A DNA stretch of 64,000 nt from Escherichia phage IME11, in sequence record NC_019423.1, one strand, 5' to 3'. How positions within the stretch are numbered: the stretch's first letter is position 1; every line of letters begins with the position of its first letter. Position numbers and translations under genes: made by a program. This document shows positions 50,187 through 57,957 of this stretch, piece by piece. The notes below the pieces were generated by a model, which was not told the origin of the DNA, ran no database searches, and was given only the letters and a program-made list of their open reading frames with translations.

Positions 50187-50567
50187 TTATCCTTTTGGAT
50201 TTTCTACAAAGTAGTTATACATAGCCTTTACTAGCTTCTCTTTAATAACTTCACCATGACATGGTTTTGGATAGCAGAAGCACTGTAAGGCTAATCCTTT
50301 CTCGTCAATGGCTTTATTACCAAGACGATTAAGTTCATCCAGCACAACTGGATTACCTTTATCAATCTGTTCTTGTAACCAGACTCTATACTTAGCAATT
50401 ACTTGCTCTCTGGTTCCATGTTTACCAATGACGAATGGATTGCCTAATGGTGAGCCACGTCCAATATACTCACCGGATTTACCGTGATGTTTATTAACAA
50501 TAATGATTGGACGTGCAGATACACCTAGTAAAGCATTGGTGTCGTCACCTAATGACATAATCTTCAT
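50187..50567 (-). CDS. DUF4326-like protein
   Basis: 126 aa; GRGSPLGNPF...AKYRVWL resembles the DUF4326 WGNPF-type signature. Confidence 0.4.
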   Translation of the reverse strand: MKIMSLGDDTNALLGVSARPIIIVNKHHGKSGEYIGRGSPLGNPFVIGKHGTREQVIAKYRVWLQEQIDKGNPVVLDELNRLGNKAIDEKGLALQCFCYPKPCHGEVIKEKLVKAMYNYFVENPKG

Positions 50568-50878
50568 GGTTTAAGTACCTGAAATGCAAACACAGGACGT
50601 TTACTACGCCACTGGTTCATAGCTAATTCACTAGTTTCAGAACCATCATGTAAGTCATAGATAAATGAGATTACATAGTCTGGTTCCTCTGGGAAGTTCT
50701 CTGTAGAGAATGGTAGACCTGATTCCTTAAGGATTGGAACTAGTGGTGATTCAGCATTGCAGTACAGAGTAAACTCTTCATTGAATGCTTGGCTTGTCTG
50801 AGATACATAATCAATATTACGCATCATCTTATCTACATCAGTAAATGTAGAATCATGAATTACTAGAATAGTTTTCAT
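50564..50878 (-). CDS. hypothetical protein
   Basis: 104-aa ORF, ATGA coupling. Confidence 0.4.
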   Translation of the reverse strand: MKTILVIHDSTFTDVDKMMRNIDYVSQTSQAFNEEFTLYCNAESPLVPILKESGLPFSTENFPEEPDYVISFIYDLHDGSETSELAMNQWRSKRPVFAFQVLKP

Positions 50879-51129
50879 ACCTTTCTCAATGTCCCATAGA
50901 TGTTATTATTGACAATACTCAAATCACAGAAACCAATCTCTTCTTGTCTCCCAGCGGATACCCAGATATTGTTTTCTGTTAGCTTAGGTTTCTTAGAGAA
51001 TCCTATTAATGAGGTATTAGCACTCTTATACTGTCGGGTATATAACGCTATATACTTAACCCAGTGAGGCACTTGAATAGTATGTTTCATATACTCCACA
51101 GTCTTGCCTGTAGGATATGTAATAATCAT
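50875..51129 (-). CDS. hypothetical protein
   Basis: 84-aa ORF. Confidence 0.4.
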   Translation of the reverse strand: MIITYPTGKTVEYMKHTIQVPHWVKYIALYTRQYKSANTSLIGFSKKPKLTENNIWVSAGRQEEIGFCDLSIVNNNIYGTLRKV

Positions 51130-51347
51130 TTCTGATACCCTTCTATGAAGTTAGTACGACGAATGAGCTGAGTAGATGCCTTAACAGCCGTCTTCTTGAA
51201 CTCATCTTTGTGTTGGTTTTCCAATATCTTATCCCATTCTTTCTGGTTCCGGCGTTTCTGTAGAATACGACTACACTTCTTATGATTAGCAACTCCTTTA
51301 CGTTTATTACATATAGGGCAAACACCATAATCAGTTGAGTACATCAT
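51126..51347 (-). CDS. small Cys-containing basic protein (possible Zn-ribbon)
   Basis: 73 aa; CPIC...KKCS pattern; basic. Confidence 0.4.
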   Translation of the reverse strand: MMYSTDYGVCPICNKRKGVANHKKCSRILQKRRNQKEWDKILENQHKDEFKKTAVKASTQLIRRTNFIEGYQK

Positions 51348-51652
51348 TGGCTTAAAGCCTCCATTAATATTTTACGAATAACGTTAACATCAGATTCAGT
51401 ACCAATTAAGCCAACAGGTTTACCTGTACTATCTGTTACAAAGGATGCAATCCTTTCCATCTCTGCTATAATTAACTTGTCACCACTAATAAGACGATTA
51501 CGAAGGTAAGCTTCATAAGCTACCTCTACATCTTCTACCGTGGTTCTTTCATTACGAGAGAATGGATTACTTAATGGAAAGGGTAAATGTACCCTTATAT
51601 TCCTGTCAGCTACCTTAGCTAAATGAGGAAGTATACATACTATTTCATTCAA
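51344..51652 (-). CDS. hypothetical protein
   Basis: 102-aa ORF. Confidence 0.4.
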   Translation of the reverse strand: MNEIVCILPHLAKVADRNIRVHLPFPLSNPFSRNERTTVEDVEVAYEAYLRNRLISGDKLIIAEMERIASFVTDSTGKPVGLIGTESDVNVIRKILMEALSQ

Positions 51653-51734
51653 GGTTATTTCTCCTATTTAAATACATATCTAACTATTCAAGAATAAAAA
51701 ATAGAAGCCCTCCTAATGGAGGACTCCTTACAGT

Positions 51735-51947
51735 TTAGGAATATAGCTTGAATAGTTTTACTAATAACTCCATTACAAACCAAATCGTATAACCAATAGT
51801 TACACCACTGAGTAATGAACTGAAGTAACCCAATACAACAGCAGCAATATAATTATCACTGTTTTTAAGTGCACATAGTGCTTCTTTACCATTACGCTTC
51901 TGCCAACCATTCATGATTAGCAGTGTTACTAAGATAATAATTTCCAT
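51735..51947 (-). CDS. small membrane protein
   Basis: 70 aa with two hydrophobic helices. Confidence 0.4.
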   Translation of the reverse strand: MEIIILVTLLIMNGWQKRNGKEALCALKNSDNYIAAVVLGYFSSLLSGVTIGYTIWFVMELLVKLFKLYS

Positions 51948-52132
51948 TAGTTGTTTCCTAAGATTGATGGATGGTTGAAGGTTACGATACGAGCTTTACT
52001 TTGTTTAAGTCCTGCATCAATGAACTCTTGTAATTGTTCATTGGTCATGCTGAGTGCCCGTTTACTTGCTACATTACGATTACGCATACGTGATACGTCT
52101 TCTTTGGTTCCCATGATTAATGACTTACGCAT
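51947..52132 (-). CDS. hypothetical small protein
   Basis: 61-aa ORF. Confidence 0.35.
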   Translation of the reverse strand: MRKSLIMGTKEDVSRMRNRNVASKRALSMTNEQLQEFIDAGLKQSKARIVTFNHPSILGNN

Positions 52133-52289
52133 GATTTAGTTGTCCACATAAAACGTTGAGGGTTACTGTTACGTACAATACGCACAGCAATGAGATGACC
52201 TTTCTGTACCAGACCATAATGTCTTATCTGAGGACCACTGGTCATACGATACATAGCTTCTTCAATAGCAGCCTCTATATCGGTGAACA

Positions 52290-52508
52290 TCACTGGTTCC
52301 TCTTAGCATAGTCTTCTGCTTCCTTAGCCCAGAGTTGCTTACGAACTTCTTTAGCTACGATGGAAGCAAACAGACACTTAACGAATACAACTGGTAGCTT
52401 ACAGATAAGTACCAGCTTAGTGATTACCCACTTGGCTCCATTGAGGATGTAACCACGTAGGCGATACAGCACATAACAGAGTATTACAAACGCAATGAAG
52501 TCCAACAT
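52290..52508 (-). CDS. small membrane protein
   Basis: 72 aa, hydrophobic N-terminal half. Confidence 0.4.
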   Translation of the reverse strand: MLDFIAFVILCYVLYRLRGYILNGAKWVITKLVLICKLPVVFVKCLFASIVAKEVRKQLWAKEAEDYAKRNQ

Positions 52509-52512
52509 AGTC

Positions 52513-52698
52513 TTACTCCTTATGGAGTTTACGGATTTGTTTACGGGTAGGTTTAGTTACAAAGAAGTGGTCATAGCAACGACCATTTTCATCTTTTACA
52601 GATACCTGCCAACGAGCATTCAATGTCATCTTACTGCCCCAAGGCTGTAATGTAACAATCAACTTCTGTGAGTTATAACGGTTACATACTGTACGCAT
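52513..52698 (-). CDS. small basic protein, paralog of 53352-53558
   Basis: 61 aa ending KPTRKQIRKLHKE; shares N-terminal MR and C-terminal KPT(K/R)KQIRKL with its paralog. Confidence 0.45.
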   Translation of the reverse strand: MRTVCNRYNSQKLIVTLQPWGSKMTLNARWQVSVKDENGRCYDHFFVTKPTRKQIRKLHKE

Positions 52699-52803
52699 AA
52701 TGGTTACTCCTTCATCTAATATAAATCTATATCTATTGAGTTACTGTTTCAGTACCCTTCGTCTAAAGATACTCAAAAAGTAGAAATAGCTTATCGTCTA
52801 GTT

Positions 52804-52831
52804 AAAAATAAAAGACTCCCCGAAGGGAGTC
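52804..52831 (-). terminator. rho-independent terminator
   Basis: GACTCCC-cgaa-GGGAGTC preceded on plus by AAAAATAAAA (T-run on minus). Confidence 0.55.
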
Positions 52832-52841
52832 CAGTGGTTGA

Positions 52842-53318
52842 TTAGAAAGTCAGTTTACGAGCATATTTATTCTCGTCTGCTGGGATGTCAGCAGCCTCTG
52901 CTTTCACTCGACGAAGTTGAACTTGCAGGTTAATGATACCTTCTTCACCTGGTTCCAGGTTCTGAGCATATTCAATTAACTGTTCCAGCAAGTCGTTCTG
53001 TGCACAACGCATAGCACGGAAGTCAGCATTGCTGCTATTAGTAGGCAGTGGTTCCTGAGTATCCAGTGGAATACCAGTGGGCAAAGAGATGAACTTCTCT
53101 TCTTCAGAGCCTTCATTAGCTACATAACCAATGTTTAACCAGAACTGTGCCTTAGGCTTAGCAGCTTTAGATTCAGTAGAAGCAGCAGCGTTAGATTGAC
53201 CGAAAGTGAATTTTTGAATAGACATTTTGTACTCTCCAGATTTATGTGATTTACGGGTGAACTCGTCGGTGAGAACACCCAAACAAAAGGATAAAAGTTC
53301 AATGATTAGTGGATGCAT
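52842..53318 (-). CDS. hypothetical early protein (probable start near 53228)
   Basis: 158-aa track ORF; internal MSIQKF start more plausible; directly downstream of hairpin promoter 53329-53347. Confidence 0.45.
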   Translation of the reverse strand: MHPLIIELLSFCLGVLTDEFTRKSHKSGEYKMSIQKFTFGQSNAAASTESKAAKPKAQFWLNIGYVANEGSEEEKFISLPTGIPLDTQEPLPTNSSNADFRAMRCAQNDLLEQLIEYAQNLEPGEEGIINLQVQLRRVKAEAADIPADENKYARKLTF

Positions 53319-53328
53319 TTACATCATC

Positions 53329-53347
53329 CATAAGACGCGGAGCGTCT
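53329..53347 (-). promoter_or_regulatory. N4-type vRNAP hairpin promoter
   Basis: CATCCATA-AGACGC-GGA-GCGTCT; CC at 53328-53329 is 11 nt 5' of the loop-centre G. Confidence 0.6.
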
Positions 53348-53351
53348 AGTT

Positions 53352-53558
53352 TTAGATTGCTTCTTTACGAAACTCTCTACGCAATTTACGGATTTGTTTC
53401 TTGGTAGGCTTAGCAGGGAATGAATGACAAGCAACATAGTGCTGTCTCTCTGTTACGTTAGTAATCTCTGAGAACCAAAGATTCCACTGAGCATCCATCT
53501 TACCTAACAATCCACCATTGTTACTCTTGTTTGCAAACAGGGAAGTTTGAATACGCAT
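53352..53558 (-). CDS. small basic protein, paralog of 52513-52698
   Basis: 68 aa with C-terminal KPTKKQIRKLRREFRK; flanked by two hairpin promoters. Confidence 0.45.
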   Translation of the reverse strand: MRIQTSLFANKSNNGGLLGKMDAQWNLWFSEITNVTERQHYVACHSFPAKPTKKQIRKLRREFRKEAI

Positions 53559-53587
53559 AGCTTAATCTCCAATAGTTAAATGATAGC

Positions 53588-53606
53588 CAATAGATGTGGA
53601 GCATCT
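53588..53606 (-). promoter_or_regulatory. N4-type vRNAP hairpin promoter
   Basis: AGCCAAT-AGATGT-GGA-GCATCT (one T-G in stem); CC at 53587-53588 is 11 nt 5' of the loop-centre G. Confidence 0.55.
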
Positions 53607-53612
53607 TGGTTT

Positions 53613-53813
53613 TTAAGGAATGTAAGAAAACCAGGTTAGCAGTTCAGCTTTAGCTTTCTGATACTTACTGTCTACATTTTCATCTGAGATATCTATGTCT
53701 GATTCTCCATAATGATGGAGGTCAGACTGATATTGTTCTTGCTGACGAACGGCTTCTTCAAAGCGTTCTAAAGCTTCTTGTGGAGATTCAGATTTGCAAT
53801 CTGTTAGAGACAT
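53613..53813 (-). CDS. hypothetical small acidic protein
   Basis: 66-aa ORF. Confidence 0.4.
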   Translation of the reverse strand: MSLTDCKSESPQEALERFEEAVRQQEQYQSDLHHYGESDIDISDENVDSKYQKAKAELLTWFSYIP

Positions 53814-53815
53814 AC

Positions 53816-53998
53816 TTATTCCTTAGTTAGTTCAACTATAAAGTTATCTAGTTTCTGCCTAGCTATTTCACACGATTCTACTATTGATTCATAGTCATCA
53901 GGGTCTGCTGAACCAGCCCAACTATCTGCAATTGCTGATTCTGCGTAGTTACTAATTAGCTTTTTAAGCTTCTCTGCTTGCTTAGGATTAAGGGACAT
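53816..53998 (-). CDS. hypothetical small protein
   Basis: 60-aa ORF. Confidence 0.4.
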   Translation of the reverse strand: MSLNPKQAEKLKKLISNYAESAIADSWAGSADPDDYESIVESCEIARQKLDNFIVELTKE

Positions 53999-54041
53999 TT
54001 TACTTCTCCTAAAGTAGATAGTTATCTACTTTTGACTATCT

Positions 54042-54068
54042 ATCTAATGTTCAAAACAGGAGACTCCG
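54042..54068 (-). terminator. putative terminator hairpin
   Basis: GGAGACTC-cgaa-GAGTCTCC downstream of 54087-54410. Confidence 0.4.
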
Positions 54069-54086
54069 AAGAGTCTCCTAGGTGAC

Positions 54087-54410
54087 TTAGTCTTTAGTCA
54101 GGATGTCAATTACTTTAGAATATTCTGCGTTATAGATACGAGCGTTCTCTGAATCTTTGCAGAAATCTTCGATACTTTTCTTACGCAGAGTCTCGTTCCT
54201 AGCTGTTTCCTCTGCCAGTTTATTAACAAAGGTATGCATTTCTAATTTAGTACGAATGGCTTGTTTCTCTGCCATAGTACTTACATATGAATTAAGCATA
54301 CCTACTGCTTTAGTTGCTGTACCAAATGTATCTGCAACAGTAGTAGCAGCTGAGTTAACAGTACCAAGTAAAGTTCCTGCGGTCATACGTACAGTAGCGG
54401 TAGTAGTCAT
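54087..54410 (-). CDS. hypothetical early protein
   Basis: 107-aa ORF, first gene downstream of hairpin promoter 54449-54467. Confidence 0.45.
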   Translation of the reverse strand: MTTTATVRMTAGTLLGTVNSAATTVADTFGTATKAVGMLNSYVSTMAEKQAIRTKLEMHTFVNKLAEETARNETLRKKSIEDFCKDSENARIYNAEYSKVIDILTKD

Positions 54411-54448
54411 GATGATAGCTCCAATAGTTGATGATAGGACGACATGTC

Positions 54449-54467
54449 CATAACATGCGGAGCATGT
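54449..54467 (-). promoter_or_regulatory. N4-type vRNAP hairpin promoter (the one furthest to the right in this window)
   Basis: GTCCATA-ACATGC-GGA-GCATGT; CC at 54448-54449 is 11 nt 5' of the loop-centre G. Confidence 0.6.
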
Positions 54468-54643
54468 GTAACGTGTAAGGTGGGGTAGGGTAGTGGCTAC
54501 ACCGTCAACATACCGGGGGGGCTAGTTGAGTGTAAGGGTGTAGCCCCAGCCACACCACTGTAGCCATACATAGCTATCATCATTTTGGTATGCAAAAATA
54601 CCATAGCTATCCTACTTATAAGCAGTTAAATAGGAGGAAGCTT

Positions 54644-54964
54644 TCAGGTGATTATGCGTGCTATACCAGGGTAATAGTCCGGATGGTTAGGATTACCACT
54701 ACTATTCCTTACGGTAGCATCTTTGATAAATACATGGGCATAATCACCGTATGGTATGAATACTGACTCACCATTTTGCAGGATAACTATCTCTGCATTA
54801 CTGTTAGTAAGTAGCTTATGTCCCTGTGCAAAGTCTGCTAACTCTCCTGGCTCCATTATTAGTGTAGAAGTTCCATGGGTCATAATGTGGATGATTGCTT
54901 TTTCTGGTACAGAGGAATAATGCAGTAAGTCCGTACCTTTCATTCCTAATAGTTTAACGTTCAT
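54644..54964 (-). CDS. small protein of tandem paralog family (member F)
   Basis: 106 aa; core EPGELADFAQGHKLLTNSNAEIVILQNGESVFIP shared with 55265-55615 and others. Confidence 0.5.
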   Translation of the reverse strand: MNVKLLGMKGTDLLHYSSVPEKAIIHIMTHGTSTLIMEPGELADFAQGHKLLTNSNAEIVILQNGESVFIPYGDYAHVFIKDATVRNSSGNPNHPDYYPGIARIIT

Positions 54965-55268
54965 GCTTCAGTACCTGTTTAAGAAGACTATCCATGTAAT
55001 AGCAGTATGCCTCGGAGTTATCATCGTTGATTGGTAATCCAATGAACCCGAAGGTGTATATACAGAAGTGATTAAGTTCATGAACCAAGGTGATAGGGTC
55101 ACTATCTTGTGCATAGATAAGTACCGAACCATCAGATAGCAGTGTAGTTACACCTTTGCTTTGTTCCTCTGGTTCACAGCCCTTAGCTTTCTTGTACTTC
55201 TTAATGAAGGTATCCCAGTCGAATACTACCTCTAACTGTACCGGATAGGGGGATGTGTTTAGTTTCAT
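54954..55268 (-). CDS. small HExxH-motif protein (putative mini metallopeptidase-like)
   Basis: 104 aa; LVHELNHFCIY contains HExxH; embedded in the paralog array. Confidence 0.45.
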   Translation of the reverse strand: MKLNTSPYPVQLEVVFDWDTFIKKYKKAKGCEPEEQSKGVTTLLSDGSVLIYAQDSDPITLVHELNHFCIYTFGFIGLPINDDNSEAYCYYMDSLLKQVLKHER

Positions 55269-55615
55269 AGAGATACCTTTGGATAAATGGTGCGTACTCT
55301 TTTAAAATCTTTATTAGGTCTACCATCTATAGTAAGCCCAACAAACCCTTCTTCTATCCTTGGTTCAAAGAACAAGAATGCAGATTCACCAGCAGGTATC
55401 TTTATGGATTCCCCTGGATTAAGGATGGTTAAATTAGCAGGGCTGTTGAGTAGAAGGATGGAACCACGAGTACTATCTGCTAACTCACCGGGTAACATAA
55501 GCATATGACAGTCTTGCGGGAGTAACCAATCAATAGCTTTAGTGACATTCTCAGAGTAAACGGATACCTCATCTGTATACTGGTGAAGGAATAATACTCT
55601 ATTCATAAGGTACAC
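55265..55615 (-). CDS. small protein of tandem paralog family (member E)
   Basis: 116 aa; core LPGELADSTRGSILLLNSPANLTILNPGESIKIP. Confidence 0.5.
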   Translation of the reverse strand: MYLMNRVLFLHQYTDEVSVYSENVTKAIDWLLPQDCHMLMLPGELADSTRGSILLLNSPANLTILNPGESIKIPAGESAFLFFEPRIEEGFVGLTIDGRPNKDFKRVRTIYPKVSL

Positions 55616-55923
55616 TCGTCGCTAGATAAATATGAGGTAGAAGGATAGAGGGTAATAAGTCTACCTGTTAGGGTAGTTACTACCATAGGTTCACAGGAGG
55701 AGTAGATGTATACAACTACATTCTCTGGAACTTCAATGGAAGTATCTATTTTAATAAAGGTAATAGGTACACCCAACATGAGGCAGGTTCCGATGAACTC
55801 ATCCGCTTTTTCACATTGTTCGTAGTACATGGTCATAGGTGTGCTTATCCTCAACCAATGGGATTTACCTACCCCCAGATTAAGGGGACTGGTACTACGA
55901 TAACTCAAACCATAGAAGTGCAT
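55603..55923 (-). CDS. small protein, possible divergent member of the paralog family (D)
   Basis: 106 aa; weaker similarity (ADEFIGTCLMLGVPITFIKIDTSIEVP). Confidence 0.4.
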   Translation of the reverse strand: MHFYGLSYRSTSPLNLGVGKSHWLRISTPMTMYYEQCEKADEFIGTCLMLGVPITFIKIDTSIEVPENVVVYIYSSCEPMVVTTLTGRLITLYPSTSYLSSDECTL

Positions 55924-55926
55924 AAC

Positions 55927-56304
55927 TTACTTCCTTACATAGTAGTAACGATAGTCATCATTATCATGACGACTATCCCACTGGTAGTCATGAGATATCA
56001 TCATGAAAGGTAGAGCATCATATGCACAACTAACGGTGTATACTGAGGGAGGAATGATACATACAACCTTACGGTCACAACCAGCTAAGAATAGCTGACC
56101 CCTTACTTCATGATAATCTTCTAAAGTAGGAACCAGTATTACTCGTTGGGGACTGCTGTTCATCACTTCTTCTAAAGTGAAGTCAGTTGTAAACAATAGT
56201 TCCCCTTTAATAAAACTGGGGGCGGTCATTATGAATTTCATGATTGATTCTCCTTCCTTTAGGAATAGGTCTGAAGTAAATGGAAAGTGTTTTATTAAAG
56301 ACAT
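55927..56304 (-). CDS. small protein of tandem paralog family (member C)
   Basis: 125 aa; core VPTLEDYHEVRGQLFLAGCDRKVVCIIPPSVYTV; overlaps member B by 98 nt. Confidence 0.45.
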   Translation of the reverse strand: MSLIKHFPFTSDLFLKEGESIMKFIMTAPSFIKGELLFTTDFTLEEVMNSSPQRVILVPTLEDYHEVRGQLFLAGCDRKVVCIIPPSVYTVSCAYDALPFMMISHDYQWDSRHDNDDYRYYYVRK

Positions 56305-56605
56305 TATGGTCAGCTATCAATTCCCAACCAGGTATCTTATAGAAACGTACACCGGGGAAGATCATACTAAAGTCATTGTAAAACGAAAGATCATACACCT
56401 TTGGTTCAGTAAGTATCTTAGTATTGAGTTGCAGATTGGATAGGAAAAGAGAACCAATAACTTCATGGGACTCTTCGCAGTCAGGTAAGAATACCGTTTG
56501 CCACGGGGTAATGAACTTACTTACTACTTCTGGTTCCCCTAGTAGATAGGGTTCCTGCTTATGAAGTACTCCAGTAATATCAATATCAAAAGCGTAGATG
56601 CTCAT
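56207..56605 (-). CDS. small protein of tandem paralog family (member B)
   Basis: 132 aa; core LPDCEESHEVIGSLFLSNLQLNTKILTEPKVYDL. Confidence 0.45.
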   Translation of the reverse strand: MSIYAFDIDITGVLHKQEPYLLGEPEVVSKFITPWQTVFLPDCEESHEVIGSLFLSNLQLNTKILTEPKVYDLSFYNDFSMIFPGVRFYKIPGWELIADHNVFNKTLSIYFRPIPKGRRINHEIHNDRPQFY

Positions 56606-56620
56606 AGTTGCATACCTCCT

Positions 56621-56657
56621 GAAAAAGAAATGGGGTAGAGCCTCTCGACTCTACCCC
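56621..56657 (-). terminator. putative rho-independent terminator
   Basis: 9-bp stem GGGGTAGAG/CTCTACCCC with 8-nt loop, preceded on plus by GAAAAAGAAA (T-run on minus). Confidence 0.45.
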
Positions 56658-56805
56658 TTACCGTTTTCTATCACGGGTCAGTTCATCACCCTAGATACAT
56701 GTGTATCGTTAGCCTACTAGGTAGGAAAGGAGCCGGGTAACCCTGACTGTAGAAGTTATTAACTCTTTACGAGTACCGCCACTGTCTACTAGGCGGTATG
56801 ACTAA

Positions 56806-57096
56806 TCACATCGTCACCGTCATCCGAACGCTGTCTTTGCTTCGTTTGATGGAGACACTATGAGGTAATTTTGTGAAGAACACAAGAGCTGAAAAGCGTT
56901 TTTCTAAAGAGTAAGTTTCTCTTGGTTCTAGGATTTTAATGCCAGGACGATTCTCTAACAGCATCATCCCAGCTAATTCATGATAGGTGTCTTCATCATG
57001 CGTAATGATAATATCACCTGAAAGGAAGCCAGTCTTAGTGTGGTCTAGCTCCTTGTATTCATCTTTAGAGTCCTGGACTCTCATATAGATTCTCAA
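56806..57096 (-). CDS. small protein of tandem paralog family (member A)
   Basis: 96 aa; core YHELAGMMLLENRPGIKILEPRETYSL; first minus-strand gene next to the divergent junction with terminase. Confidence 0.5.
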   Translation of the reverse strand: MRIYMRVQDSKDEYKELDHTKTGFLSGDIIITHDEDTYHELAGMMLLENRPGIKILEPRETYSLEKRFSALVFFTKLPHSVSIKRSKDSVRMTVTM

Positions 57097-57267
57097 AGGT
57101 TACTCCTTTAGGGAATAAGGTCATCGGAACATTACATACTATTTAGTATCATGAACTTTTTCTATATCATGACTAAAGTGTAACTGTATGGTATGGTTTC
57201 TTCAAGGGGTATCTCACCCCAAGAAAAGAATCTTCGTTAATAGACATAACTTTGTAGAGAGATAAGT

Positions 57268-57957
57268 ATGAGTGAGTTAACCAGACAGCAAATTATTAAT
57301 GCACTACCTGCTAACTTCAAAAATAGTGTAAGCCAGGAATTGGTAGACACGATTAACAACATTACCCAAGACCAGCTGGTTGCTGAGGCATTCCGTGAAA
57401 ACTTCATCTCTTACTCTGGTGTAATGAAGGAGGGTAAGTTCAAGACACAGGACTACATGAATGCAGTTCAGTATGTGACTTACAAACATATGGGCTATTC
57501 CAATAAGGAAGCCTACTTCAAAACATTCCCTAACCGACAAGCAGAACTTGTAGCACGGGGAACCAGTGAGAAAGATATTAGTGCTTATGTATCTGCTTAC
57601 CACAGGGGTAAGCTAGTTAACCTCATCATGGAACAAAGTTTGGTTCCAGTGTGGATTGTGAACCAAGACAATTATCAGAAGGCAATCAATGTTCAGGTTG
57701 AACTGATGACTACAGCAGCAAGTGAGAAGGTAAGATGTGATGCAGCTAACTCTATCCTTACCCACTTAGCTAAACCAAAAGACCAGGTAACTAACATCAA
57801 TCTGGACTTGAGAGAGAACTCCGGGTTGACCGACCTCAAAGCAACACTTGCTGCATTAGCTGAACAGCAAATCAATGCAATCAATAGTGGTGTACCTACT
57901 AAAGAGATTGCTGGTTCTAAACTAGTACGTGCAGATGAGGACATTACAGATGTCTGA
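57268..57957 (+). CDS. putative terminase small subunit (by position)
   Basis: 229-aa ORF immediately upstream of and overlapping the terminase large subunit; assignment is by synteny. Confidence 0.4.
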   Translation: MSELTRQQIINALPANFKNSVSQELVDTINNITQDQLVAEAFRENFISYSGVMKEGKFKTQDYMNAVQYVTYKHMGYSNKEAYFKTFPNRQAELVARGTSEKDISAYVSAYHRGKLVNLIMEQSLVPVWIVNQDNYQKAINVQVELMTTAASEKVRCDAANSILTHLAKPKDQVTNINLDLRENSGLTDLKATLAALAEQQINAINSGVPTKEIAGSKLVRADEDITDV

